A stretch of 45,978 nt of DNA from a virus (IMGVR_UViG_3300037424_000965:1-45978), one strand, 5' to 3'. Shown: positions 35,074 to 44,917, counted from the stretch's first letter. The notes: generated by a model not told the origin, from the sequence alone. Numbers and translations: made by a program.

Positions 35074-35864
35074 TGGCAGACCTTATAGCCGAGCCAGCGA
35101 GCACTAACCCCCTTACCGCCGACTGGCAGGCGCTACTCTCGAAGCTGGTGAAGGTGTGCGGGGGCGCGGAGGTGTGCCGCCTCACGAACTGGGACACGAC
35201 GGCCGAGCCGCAGGTGGCGGCCGGTTCCCGCTTCGAGGTCAACAGCTCCTTCTTTGAGGTCCCGTCAAACGAGTCGATAACCGGGTGGTCGGGCATCTCC
35301 AACGGCGCCGTGGCGTACGTCTACGCGACTCCCTCCGGCTCCACGGCGACGTTCTCCTACTCGTCGACCGCGCCTACGTGGGACTCGGCAAAGGGCGGGT
35401 GGTTCAACGGTACGGCGCGCGCGCTGTTCAGGGTGCTGAGGACGAGCGCGACGGTGTGGTCAGAGAAGAGGAACATGGCGTCGATAGAAGACCACGACGC
35501 CATCGGGACGGTTAAGATGTTCTCCGGGACGTTTGTTAACGACGTAACGATGCCAGGGTGGTATAAGTGCGATGGAACCAACGGCACCCCAAACTTAGTT
35601 GATAAGTTCATAAGAGGCGGATCAACATCGGGGGCAACGGGTGGAGAAGACACTCACGTACTGACAGTCACAGAGATGCCCGCGCATGCTCATAGCACAA
35701 ACATTAGACCATATGGAGCATATGCGGCTACTTACGCCCTTCCCGTAGACACGCCATCAGGACAGCAATTCTCCGTTATTCAGACTTCTTCTGCGGGTGG
35801 AGACCAGGCCCATAATAATATTCCAGCATATTATGCTCTCCTGTTTATCATGAAGACTAGGTAG
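35073..35864 (+). CDS. Tail fibre/collar-domain protein
   Basis: IGTVKMFSG...PGWYKCDGTNGTPNLVDKFIRG, TGGEDTHVLTVTEMPAHAH, AHNNIPAYYAL.FIMK. Confidence 0.8.
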   Translation: MADLIAEPASTNPLTADWQALLSKLVKVCGGAEVCRLTNWDTTAEPQVAAGSRFEVNSSFFEVPSNESITGWSGISNGAVAYVYATPSGSTATFSYSSTAPTWDSAKGGWFNGTARALFRVLRTSATVWSEKRNMASIEDHDAIGTVKMFSGTFVNDVTMPGWYKCDGTNGTPNLVDKFIRGGSTSGATGGEDTHVLTVTEMPAHAHSTNIRPYGAYAATYALPVDTPSGQQFSVIQTSSAGGDQAHNNIPAYYALLFIMKTR

Positions 35865-35867
35865 TAG

Positions 35868-37754
35868 ATGAATACTATTGTCGTTGCCGAGATAGAAAAG
35901 ACAACCCGCCTGGCTCTCACGGCGACCCCGTACTTTTCCCCTATCTGGAAGTACGACCTATGGTTACTGGCCTACGTTAAGACCCTCCCATTCATGGCAG
36001 ACGACGACACGGAATACCCCGCTACCCCTTATGCCTTCTCGAACCTGATCGTAGACTACGTTCCGTATTACGGCGCGACGAGCCTGGCTGAGTGCATATC
36101 CACGGCGGAGTCGTACTTTGTCTCAGGCTCGACGCTTTACGTCCACGGGACAGACGGCCGCCCGATATGGAAGTTCCTATCGGTGCAGTACGGCCGACTG
36201 TACGGCTTTACGAACAAGGGAGTCCGACGCTATAACCAGGTTACGTACCTGCCGCTCGTCGAGAGCGTGCCCAACGTCTCCGACGCGGTGGACCCGGTAG
36301 AGTACTCGAAGATGGCATTCAAGAGCGGGTCCCTCACCCTCATCAATGACCTCGCTACCTTCGACGAGATGGCCTCCGTGTTCGGCAACGACATGAACGT
36401 GAAGGCCGGGCCGGATGGCGAGTACTCCGACCTCATCCCCATCGCGAAGTATTACATCGACACGTACGTCTCCGGGACGAGCCGGACCAGGTTTTCGCTT
36501 AAGGACAAGCGCGAGCTCCTCTCGGCTAAGGCCCCGAACACGTTCTTCAACGCGACCGACTATCCCTACATCGAGGAGAACAAGGTCGACAGGGTAATTC
36601 CCGACGCCTTCGGAGAGCTCGTCGGGGTCCCCGGTACCTGCATCAACGGTACGCAGACCGCTTCCGCGAAAACGTTCAAGTTCGCGCCGGTGATCACCAG
36701 GCTAGACCACGTCTACGTACTCAAGGACGAGAAGTGGTCTGAGGTCTCGGCGGCGTCGACCGACCTGCCGAACGGAACCGTCACGCTCTCCACGGCGAAC
36801 GCGCACGTGGGCGGAGACACGGCAAAGGGCATCGTCAAGGTCAAGATTGACGGCCTGTTCCGCCCGGAGGTCAACCCTGGCGACGTCATCGCCAAGATCA
36901 ACGAGGCCTACGGCAACATCCAGTACCTCGCTGGAAACTACGACATCGTAGAGTGGGAGGCGGAGCTCGGGCCGCTAGCGGATATAGGGCTCTACCTCGA
37001 CGAGTCCAAGGACGTCTCGGAGTGGATCGAGCGGGTGCAGAACGGGTCGACCGTAGGGTTCCAGTACCTTATCGAGTACGACCGGATTACCGCCAGGCTC
37101 GACAACCCGAACAGGGCCGTCGCGTTCAACATCCGCCCGGTGGACATCATGGACGTAAGCGCCGTGCAGGTGGACTACAACGCGAACATCTACGCGTCGT
37201 CGGCACTGGTCAGGTATGGGGCCGACCAGGAGTCCGGAGACGCGAAGCAGGTCATAAACGACGAGTTCGAGGAAGAGGTGCTCGACGTACACCGGAAGGA
37301 AAAACAGTATGAGTGCGACTCGCTCATGCCGGACCTCTCCGGGGTGACGGCCAAGGCTGCCGTCATCATGGACGACCAGAAGGACATCCGCCCCGTCTTC
37401 CGGGGAGTGGCCCTTTGGGGCGCCGAGTGGCTGGCGGTGCGCCTGTATGACATCGTCACCGCAACCATATCGATACCGGGGGTCACTCCTCGGGTCCCGT
37501 ATCCCTACGATACCAGGCTCATAGACTCGGGATCGGCCGACTGGCTTGAGGTGGTAAGCGGCAGGGCGGACGCGGAGCTGATAACGCTGATGGGTCCCGC
37601 CCCGACAGAGGTCGCGGGCACGTCCCGCACGTTCGTGGGGCTGGTGCGGTGCCAGGTGGTGGGGATCAACAGGGACGTCGCGGGGTGCATAGTCTCCCTC
37701 GACTTGAGACAGAGGGATTATTCCGCCGTCGTGGCGTCGGTACTTGGAGGGTGA
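35868..37754 (+). CDS. Tail tip/baseplate hub protein
   Basis: 628 aa in tail module; IPDAFG, NPGDVI motifs. Confidence 0.6.
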   Translation: MNTIVVAEIEKTTRLALTATPYFSPIWKYDLWLLAYVKTLPFMADDDTEYPATPYAFSNLIVDYVPYYGATSLAECISTAESYFVSGSTLYVHGTDGRPIWKFLSVQYGRLYGFTNKGVRRYNQVTYLPLVESVPNVSDAVDPVEYSKMAFKSGSLTLINDLATFDEMASVFGNDMNVKAGPDGEYSDLIPIAKYYIDTYVSGTSRTRFSLKDKRELLSAKAPNTFFNATDYPYIEENKVDRVIPDAFGELVGVPGTCINGTQTASAKTFKFAPVITRLDHVYVLKDEKWSEVSAASTDLPNGTVTLSTANAHVGGDTAKGIVKVKIDGLFRPEVNPGDVIAKINEAYGNIQYLAGNYDIVEWEAELGPLADIGLYLDESKDVSEWIERVQNGSTVGFQYLIEYDRITARLDNPNRAVAFNIRPVDIMDVSAVQVDYNANIYASSALVRYGADQESGDAKQVINDEFEEEVLDVHRKEKQYECDSLMPDLSGVTAKAAVIMDDQKDIRPVFRGVALWGAEWLAVRLYDIVTATISIPGVTPRVPYPYDTRLIDSGSADWLEVVSGRADAELITLMGPAPTEVAGTSRTFVGLVRCQVVGINRDVAGCIVSLDLRQRDYSAVVASVLGG

Positions 37755-37755
37755 G

Positions 37756-39666
37756 ATGAATACGGTAATCGGCCAGCGGTGGAGGGTGTACGCGTATGGG
37801 GACGTCTCCGCGACGGTCCCGCTCAACGGGGAGCTCGTGATACTGAGCGCGGTGCCTCTTTACGGCTCCTACAACGTATGGGTGGTAGGTGACGGCACGC
37901 ACGACATCGAGTACCTGGTCGCAAACAGGCAGTTCTCGCCGGTCTACGCGTACGCGACGGAGCCCGGCTTTGGCCTTGAGAACGGCCAGTTCAACGATAG
38001 GCAGGTTATCAACTGGGAGGCGTACGCCGACGCCGCCGGAGCCACTCCCGTTGACGGTACCGGCGGCTCCCCGGCATCGACCTTCACCCATAACACGACG
38101 TCCCCGCTGGTCGGGACGGGCGACGGCCTGTTCACGAAGGGAGCGGCCAACAGGCAGGGCGAGGGGTTCAGCGCGCTTTGCCCGATCGACCGCGGGCTCG
38201 TTACCGGCACGGCGCAGATATCGTTCATCTACGAGACCCCGGCCGGGTACGTTGACGGCGACATGGGCGTGTTCCTCTACGACGTCACGAACGCGGCGCT
38301 GATCCCGCTCTCGGTCCAGGCGCTACCGGCAACGTACGGGAAGCCATCGAAGTTCCTCGCGACGTTCATCCCGTCGAGCAGCGTTGACTACAGGCTGATA
38401 TTCCACGTTGTCAGTACGTCGGCGGTAGCGTACACGCTTGAGGTTGACGACGTTCAGGTCGGGGAAAAGGGCGTGGCGATTGGCGCGGCAATATCGACAT
38501 GGAAAAATTTCAGTCCGGCGGTTAATTTTACAAACTTGCCTGGAGCGTGGAACGCAGACACGAAGTGGCGCAGGGTTGGCGAAAACTTTGAGTTTATGGG
38601 AACATATGTAGCTTCCGGAGCGGCTACGGGAAACATATTATTTGCCCTCAACACGTTGCTTGCGCAGTTTGGATTAACAAAAAATATGGTGTCTGAATTA
38701 AGCACCATTGCGTTTGTGCTGGATACAGGAACCACGCATTTGCCCGGCGTTTGGGTTGGTAACGGGCTGTATTCATCTACCGGGGTTTGGAATGCAACTA
38801 ATCCTATTACATGGGCAGCGAATGACACTGTGACTTTCCAATTTTCCGTTCCCATTTCTCAATGGACATCAAACGTTAATTTAGCGAGCGACTTCACGGA
38901 GTTTTTATACAACAGCTCGGCGACAACTGCGGACGACACGACGTCGTTCGGAGTTGGGCAAGAAGGCGTTGTATTTCAGTCCTTCGCGCCCTCCGGTACG
39001 GCCTTTATAACGAAACGTGTTCGCAGTTCAAGACCTTTACAGCCAACAGACTCTTATGACTTTGAGTTCTACGAAAACGGGGTGTGGATAAGTTGGCTTC
39101 TTAGATACGGTGCAATTCAGGCAGACAGCATTGCGACTCCAACGCTTTATGCCGGTATCAGGCTGTCAGTTGTAAACGCCACGGACATAGACGTCAGATT
39201 TTACAATAAGGCGAATCCCTTATCAGGGTGGTCTGCATTTCCCTCTAGCAAATGGCGCGTCCGCAAAGTCTCCAACGGCAACATGGCGGAAGTGCCGCCG
39301 TTGGTGCGGGCGTCTTACTACAACCAAAACGCCGCGCTCGTAAACGCCGCGACCCTCTACTCGACGAAAGTGGCAGACACGCATTCAGCCTACAGTCCAG
39401 CAACTGGGCTTTTCACTGCGCCCATATCTGGACTGTATGTGTTTGACGTTGAGGTCTACGCCCCATCGGGCCATCTCGTCACCTTGATGGTGGCCGGAGT
39501 GCGGATAAAGGACGCCATAACGAGCGCATCATCAAGGGCAGAGCTTTTTGCTACTGCCTGGATGAACGCGGGGGAGACGGCTTACGTGACTAACCTGACG
39601 GGAACGTCTACGGCACAGGCGGAACGTGGGGCGGCTAATTTCAACGTCACAAGGATCGGCTCCTAA
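37756..39666 (+). CDS. Receptor-binding tail fibre with C-terminal C1q-like domain
   Basis: AYSPATGLFTAPISGLYVF C1q signature; WRRVGE..E fibre motif; start ATG 37756 after GGAGG. Confidence 0.7.
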   Translation: MNTVIGQRWRVYAYGDVSATVPLNGELVILSAVPLYGSYNVWVVGDGTHDIEYLVANRQFSPVYAYATEPGFGLENGQFNDRQVINWEAYADAAGATPVDGTGGSPASTFTHNTTSPLVGTGDGLFTKGAANRQGEGFSALCPIDRGLVTGTAQISFIYETPAGYVDGDMGVFLYDVTNAALIPLSVQALPATYGKPSKFLATFIPSSSVDYRLIFHVVSTSAVAYTLEVDDVQVGEKGVAIGAAISTWKNFSPAVNFTNLPGAWNADTKWRRVGENFEFMGTYVASGAATGNILFALNTLLAQFGLTKNMVSELSTIAFVLDTGTTHLPGVWVGNGLYSSTGVWNATNPITWAANDTVTFQFSVPISQWTSNVNLASDFTEFLYNSSATTADDTTSFGVGQEGVVFQSFAPSGTAFITKRVRSSRPLQPTDSYDFEFYENGVWISWLLRYGAIQADSIATPTLYAGIRLSVVNATDIDVRFYNKANPLSGWSAFPSSKWRVRKVSNGNMAEVPPLVRASYYNQNAALVNAATLYSTKVADTHSAYSPATGLFTAPISGLYVFDVEVYAPSGHLVTLMVAGVRIKDAITSASSRAELFATAWMNAGETAYVTNLTGTSTAQAERGAANFNVTRIGS

Positions 39667-40259
39667 TGACTCCCCTGCAACTTTTTGAAAAGACCGTACA
39701 CGGCCCCTGGACGACCGGAGAGCTTGACGTTCAGTACCGCGTAGAAAACGGCGTCCTTTACTTACAGCCGTCAAAATCTCGCGTCGATTGGGCGCTGAAC
39801 TTCCTCTTCTCGACGGTCCCGTACAAGCGGATGGAGACCGAGTATGAGGTCCATGCCGGGTTCTTCCTCGCGTACAAGGCCAACGCGGAGGCTATCCAGG
39901 CGCTTGACTTCGACACCATCGCGGGATTCTCCCTTGGCGCCGCGATCGCCGTACACGCTCACGAAGACCGGCTTTTCCGGACGGGTAAGCAACCCGAGAC
40001 TCACCTTTTCGGGTGCCCGTGCGCGATAGGCCGCGCCCCGAAGTTGGTAATGCCACGATGGTCGAACGTGACGCGGTACGAGACGCCATTTGACATCGTC
40101 GCGTGGGCGCTCCGCCTGGTAGGGTACAGGCACGTCGGCCGCCTAGTGCGGCTCGGCGGGACGGCGCGCAGGGACACGGGACTGCTGGAATGGATTACGG
40201 GACACACGCCGAGCGAATACCGGCAGAGAATAAAACAGCTTGAAGGAGCACAGAAATGA
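39666..40259 (+). CDS. Lipase class 3-like alpha/beta hydrolase
   Basis: DW..N, VHAGF, GFSLGAAIA nucleophile elbow, FGCP, DIV, YRHVG, late His. Confidence 0.8.
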   Translation: MTPLQLFEKTVHGPWTTGELDVQYRVENGVLYLQPSKSRVDWALNFLFSTVPYKRMETEYEVHAGFFLAYKANAEAIQALDFDTIAGFSLGAAIAVHAHEDRLFRTGKQPETHLFGCPCAIGRAPKLVMPRWSNVTRYETPFDIVAWALRLVGYRHVGRLVRLGGTARRDTGLLEWITGHTPSEYRQRIKQLEGAQK

Positions 40260-41005
40260 CCGAGACCCTAAAGGACGTAATCCCGCTTGCCTGGCCTGTC
40301 GCGATAACCGTCATCGCGTTTTACGTCTTCATCCTCATTATGTCCGGGAAGATTCGCAAGGCCTCGGCCTCGAAGGACGGCGGGATATCGCTCGACATCG
40401 CCCCGATCGAGGCGCGCGCGAACGTCCGCGAGGAGGCGCGCTATTACATGGACCGCCGGATATCGGAGATTGACGACGACCTGAAGACGGAGGTGAAGCT
40501 CCGCACGCAGGAGTTCCGCAAGCCTATCCTCGCGGCCGTCGCCGGGTCCGGCCTCTGCACAGCGGCGCTCCGCGCGATCGCCTCAGACCTACGCGGGCCA
40601 ATGTACCACGCCGTCGACGAGAACGACTTCAAGCACCGGCTGTCTTCCGAGAATCGCGCCGGGTATCTCTCCGAAAAGCTCGACGCGCTGCAGGAGGAGT
40701 ACGAGGACTTGGTCGGCGAGGCGTCGTCCGACCCGTGCGCGATCGGGACTGGAGCGACGATTACCTTCCCCACTTGGGCCGAGGTCGAGCCGCGCCTTTC
40801 GCGTGCCGTCGAGTCGTGGGCGGACAAGATCACCGTCGCGGTGGCCGACGCGTGCCGCCGGAAGATCATCGTCTACCAGGAGTACCGGCCGCAGTTCGTG
40901 GAAGCTGGAGATGAGCGCTTCGTCAAGATCGTGGACGACTGCATCTCCAAGAACGCGGGGTATATCGAGGCGCTACTCGGAGAGAAAAAGGCGGCAGTCG
41001 CGTGA
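40256..41005 (+). CDS. Single-TM membrane protein (holin position)
   Basis: N-terminal TM WPVAITVIAFYVFILIM; directly before endolysin. Confidence 0.5.
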   Translation: MTETLKDVIPLAWPVAITVIAFYVFILIMSGKIRKASASKDGGISLDIAPIEARANVREEARYYMDRRISEIDDDLKTEVKLRTQEFRKPILAAVAGSGLCTAALRAIASDLRGPMYHAVDENDFKHRLSSENRAGYLSEKLDALQEEYEDLVGEASSDPCAIGTGATITFPTWAEVEPRLSRAVESWADKITVAVADACRRKIIVYQEYRPQFVEAGDERFVKIVDDCISKNAGYIEALLGEKKAAVA

Positions 41006-41469
41006 AGGCGAGCCTTGACGACCTCAATCCGGAAATCCAGGATCGAGCAAAGGCAGCGTTCAGCGAGATGAGCGAAGACCCGGACATCAAAGCCGCTGGG
41101 ATCAAGATGCTGCTTTGCGAAGTTCTGCGGCCGCTTCCGGTTCAGATGGCCTATGCTGTCAAGGCGCGGATCAAGGCCCTACCAGAAGACATGCGAACAG
41201 ACCTCGAATGGGTGCGTGAGTTCTTCCGGGCCGCAGGCCTTAGCTGGGTCCCAACGAAGGACGAGAACGCGCGGGCATCCACGTGGACGCTCGACTCGAA
41301 GCACGTCGTCGGCATGGCGTTCGACGCGGCACCGTCCAGGAACGGACTCAATGCGGCCTGGGACGCGCCCGACTGGGTGTGGGAGCGGATGGCGGTCATC
41401 GCAGAAAGGCACGGCCTTAAGTCCGGCCGGAGGTGGAAGAATAAGGACAGCCCTCACTTCGAGGGATAA
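41002..41469 (+). CDS. Endolysin, M15 family (L-Ala-D-Glu) peptidase
   Basis: E.LR....Q, SKHVVGMAFD, G..W...DSPHFE. Confidence 0.85.
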   Translation: MKASLDDLNPEIQDRAKAAFSEMSEDPDIKAAGIKMLLCEVLRPLPVQMAYAVKARIKALPEDMRTDLEWVREFFRAAGLSWVPTKDENARASTWTLDSKHVVGMAFDAAPSRNGLNAAWDAPDWVWERMAVIAERHGLKSGRRWKNKDSPHFEG

Positions 41470-41529
41470 ATGGAATCGGCGCCGGGGAGTATGTCCCGTG
41501 CGAATTGATAGACGAATAGGGAGGACGAT

Positions 41530-41934
41530 ATGGCTAATGCTCTTTTTAATCCAGGCCGCGAAGGATTTCTCGACGGCACGATCGACTGGGATACCGGGGA
41601 CATCCGCGCGATGCTCGTACTCTCGACGTACACTCTCGACGCAACCGACAAGTTCGTCGCCGACCTCGGGGCTGTCGATAACGGCCGGTCCGCCGCGCTT
41701 GCCAGCAAGACGGTCACCGACGGCGTAGCCGATGCCGCCGATACTTCCCTCACGGCAACCGCCGCGACTGCGAGCAACGCAATCGTTCTTTTCCAGCATA
41801 CGGGCAGCGATGCGACCGCGCGCCTCATCGCGTATATCGACACGCCGACGAGCGGACTCCCGTTTACCCCAAGCGCCGGGCAAAACGTGCCGATTGCATG
41901 GGACAGCGGCGCGAACAAGATTTTCAAGTTGTAG
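41530..41934 (+). CDS. Virion-associated small protein (fibre module)
   Basis: MANALFNPGREGFLDG.IDW..GDIRAML family; AGGGAGG RBS. Confidence 0.65.
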   Translation: MANALFNPGREGFLDGTIDWDTGDIRAMLVLSTYTLDATDKFVADLGAVDNGRSAALASKTVTDGVADAADTSLTATAATASNAIVLFQHTGSDATARLIAYIDTPTSGLPFTPSAGQNVPIAWDSGANKIFKL

Positions 41935-41943
41935 GGAAATAAA

Positions 41944-44154
41944 ATGGCGGAAGCAACGGGACTTTTCCTCGCGGACATAGAAGAAAACGATCTCGCCGAG
42001 TTTGACTCCATAACGCAAGAGGGGTCAAACACCTTTGTTGCTTCCGCGTCCGCCGCACTTCACGGATCATATGGCGCACGCGCTACCTTTGACGGTACGA
42101 ATAACGACGCGTACGGTGTCAAGTCAATAACCGCGCGCACCGAAATGTGGGCGCGGTGCTATTTCCGGTTAAGCGCCGACTTTGACGGAAACACCGGATA
42201 TCTTTACCCTCTTGTAATTAAAAGTGGTACGACTAATTACATTTACCCGCGCTTTATTGTAACGGCTGGCGCTGTATCGATCAGCCGTTTTTACCACTAT
42301 GCCGACAGCGGAGCGGTTTACGCGGCGGTATCTCAAGCCGTTTCAAAAAACGTTACACATTATATTGAGGTGTACTTCAAGGCCGCATCTGCTCCGGGTG
42401 CCAATGACGGAATTGCGCGTCTGTATTTTGATGAAACGCTTATATCCGAAGTCACCGGGGTTGACTCAGACACTCGCACCGTAGACGGTATCTATACCGG
42501 ACAGCGCGGAACAATCATTCCGACATCAGGATCGATCATTGATATCGATGACGTCAAAATGGACTCTGCCTATATCGGCGAGTACACCGACGCTGGGTCG
42601 ATTATCGGGGCCGGAAACATCGCGTCCGCCGAAGCCTTTGGTTCCCCGGCAATCTCCGCGACCATATCGACGCAAGGGATTGCGTCATCTGAAGCGTTCG
42701 GCTCTCCGGTGGTTGGCGATCAAGGGATCGTCGGCGCTGGCGGCATAGCCTCCGCTGAGGCGTTCGGCGGAGTCGTGCTATCAGCTGGCATATCGGCTTC
42801 CGGCATAGCGTCGGCGGAAGATTTTGGGTCGCCAATCGTTGGGACTCCGGAATCCGTGATCATCGATCACGCCTCCGTAGCTAAGTACGCCGACATCCCG
42901 CAGGCTTATATCGATGCTGTTAAAGCCATGTGGTTCGACCTGCCTGGCGAGTCTCATTCGGCCGCCTATCGGTACGGCTTGCAGTACGTCGAGGACCTGG
43001 ACGCCAAGTTCGCCGTAAACATCCTTGAGTCCGGAACCCCCGAAGGCCCGACGAGTTCTTACCTCCGCGCATCCTGCGCGACATGGGGAGACTGGGATAC
43101 CGCGACCGGCTGGCTCTACAGCTACGGCGAAGAGGACTGGTATACGAGCGATGCCGCGCGGGTCGCGACGAAGCGGCATATCCAATACTGCTACGATAAT
43201 ACGTTCGGGCTATCGGCTGTCGGTTTCGGCTGGTGCTGGGACATGTCGTGGATTAACGACGTTACCGCCGAGAAGGACGCAGTACACAAATGCGGCTGGG
43301 CCGGGTCGTCGGTCAACGGGCCGGAAGGAAGCCTCTCGTGGGGCCTCGACGCGGATGACTCCGCGATCACCGGGAATAGCGTTTGCCTCGACACTTACCT
43401 CGCGGCAACGCAAGAGTACATCGACTACTGCGAGACGAACGGAATCCCGACTAATGTGTTCTTTACGACCGGCCCAGTTGATGGATATGAAGGTACGGGA
43501 GAGCGCGGGTATCAGCGGCACCTGAAGCAAGAGCGCATCAGGGCGTACGTTGCGGCTAACGGCGGGTACTTGTTCGACTATGCGGACATCCTCGCATGGG
43601 ACAACGCCGGTACGGAGAATCTCCCGTCATGGGTAGACGGCGACAGCGGGTCGCATCCGTACCAGATGATCGCCGACGACAATCTTTTGGACTTTGACGG
43701 CGGCCAGACCGAGGCTTACGGGCACATCGGGCAACGCGGCTGTCTACGCCTGGGAAAGGCGACGTGGGTCATGCTGGCGATGATGGCCGGATGGGATGGG
43801 GAGCCGGAGGGCGGAATCGTCGGCGCCGGAAACATCACGTCCGCCGAAGCCTTCGGAGCCGCAGCTATCTCAGCGACCATAACCGCTACGTCAATCGAAA
43901 GCGCAGAGTCTTTCGGACAGCCGACCATCGGCGGAATCCAAGGCGCTGGCGGTATTGAGTCAAGCGAGGCGTTTGGCGCTCCAGGAATCAGCGCGACAAT
44001 AACGGCGACGGGCATCGCGAGCTCCGAGGCTTTTGGAGGGCCTACCGTCGGAGATTATGTCCCGACTGAGGCTCCGGTCTACCGAAACTCTGACGTACCT
44101 CAGATATCCCGTAACGCGGACGTGCTGATCAATCGCAATGCTATGGGGGTTTAA
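41944..44154 (+). CDS. Large accessory fibre/adhesin: lectin-like N-terminus, GIASxEAFG repeats, central enzyme-like domain
   Basis: 4+4 repeats flanking an ~320-aa globular domain. Confidence 0.65.
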   Translation: MAEATGLFLADIEENDLAEFDSITQEGSNTFVASASAALHGSYGARATFDGTNNDAYGVKSITARTEMWARCYFRLSADFDGNTGYLYPLVIKSGTTNYIYPRFIVTAGAVSISRFYHYADSGAVYAAVSQAVSKNVTHYIEVYFKAASAPGANDGIARLYFDETLISEVTGVDSDTRTVDGIYTGQRGTIIPTSGSIIDIDDVKMDSAYIGEYTDAGSIIGAGNIASAEAFGSPAISATISTQGIASSEAFGSPVVGDQGIVGAGGIASAEAFGGVVLSAGISASGIASAEDFGSPIVGTPESVIIDHASVAKYADIPQAYIDAVKAMWFDLPGESHSAAYRYGLQYVEDLDAKFAVNILESGTPEGPTSSYLRASCATWGDWDTATGWLYSYGEEDWYTSDAARVATKRHIQYCYDNTFGLSAVGFGWCWDMSWINDVTAEKDAVHKCGWAGSSVNGPEGSLSWGLDADDSAITGNSVCLDTYLAATQEYIDYCETNGIPTNVFFTTGPVDGYEGTGERGYQRHLKQERIRAYVAANGGYLFDYADILAWDNAGTENLPSWVDGDSGSHPYQMIADDNLLDFDGGQTEAYGHIGQRGCLRLGKATWVMLAMMAGWDGEPEGGIVGAGNITSAEAFGAAAISATITATSIESAESFGQPTIGGIQGAGGIESSEAFGAPGISATITATGIASSEAFGGPTVGDYVPTEAPVYRNSDVPQISRNADVLINRNAMGV

Positions 44155-44156
44155 TT

Positions 44157-44447
44157 ATGCTTGTATGGGATGACAAAGACCCGGACGATATCATCGACTA
44201 TACGCGCACCTGGACGGACAACCTGGCGACAGGCGAAACGATCACGGCGAGCGAGTGGGCGGTAACTCCGGCTGGGCTTACCTTGGGCACGACCGGGCCG
44301 ACGGCTCCGTACATCCTGGGCGCCGTATGCGGCGTCTGGCTTTCGGGCGGGACGGTTGGCGAGACCTATGAGGTGCGCAACCGGATCACTACGAGCCGGG
44401 GCGTGAGGCTTGATGCCACGGTGAACATAAAGATCAAGGAGCGATAA
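44157..44447 (+). CDS. Fibre-tail adaptor protein
   Basis: KDPDDIIDY...W...L..GETITASEW, VWLSGGT.G.TY.V.NRITTS.G. Confidence 0.8.
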   Translation: MLVWDDKDPDDIIDYTRTWTDNLATGETITASEWAVTPAGLTLGTTGPTAPYILGAVCGVWLSGGTVGETYEVRNRITTSRGVRLDATVNIKIKER

Positions 44448-44917
44448 TGTGGCGAAGATTATCGGGATCGTTCTTTGCGCTCTTGCTCTTTTTGGCGGCT
44501 ACCTCCTCGGTGCACGCTCAGGACATTCTCGCGGCGAGGCAGAGCATCAGCGCGGCGCGCTTGCGGCTGACAGCCTTAGGGCAGAGCTTAGCGCAGAGGG
44601 AGACCGCCTCCGAAGAGAGAGAGGCGATCTTGCGCGAGACCGAGGACAGCTTGACGCGCGGCTGGCAGGACTTGACCGCCGAGAGGGCGACTTACGAGCA
44701 GGACAAGGCCGCCTTGAGCGCGAAAGAGACCTTGCTAAGCGAGAGAGAGACCGCATTGCCGAAGACGGAACGGCAGTTGGCGACATTGACAGACTCCTTC
44801 GAGAAGCAGAGCGCCAGCTTGAGGACGGCAGAAAAGGGCCGTGACTTCTGGAAGGCCGCCGCGCTGGTCCTAGCGTCAATCGCGGCGATACTTGGGGTAG
44901 GGTCCTTAATGAACTGA
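44447..44917 (+). CDS. Spanin-like protein A (signal peptide, coiled coil, C-terminal hydrophobic helix)
   Basis: MWRR..FFALLLFLAATSSVHA|Q; heptad helix; AAALVLASIAAILGVG. Confidence 0.65.
   Translation: MWRRLSGSFFALLLFLAATSSVHAQDILAARQSISAARLRLTALGQSLAQRETASEEREAILRETEDSLTRGWQDLTAERATYEQDKAALSAKETLLSERETALPKTERQLATLTDSFEKQSASLRTAEKGRDFWKAAALVLASIAAILGVGSLMN
44449..44844 (+). CDS. Spanin-like protein B (Rz/i-spanin-like) embedded in alternate frame
   Basis: GTG start on the same AAGGAG RBS; N-terminal TM IIGIVLCALALFGGYLLG then charged coiled coil. Confidence 0.6.
   Translation: MAKIIGIVLCALALFGGYLLGARSGHSRGEAEHQRGALAADSLRAELSAEGDRLRRERGDLARDRGQLDARLAGLDRREGDLRAGQGRLERERDLAKRERDRIAEDGTAVGDIDRLLREAERQLEDGRKGP

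Noticed and set aside
37756-44154. Diversity-generating retroelement or invertase shufflon acting on fibres
   Set aside because: No reverse transcriptase, recombinase, or template/variable repeat pair was seen
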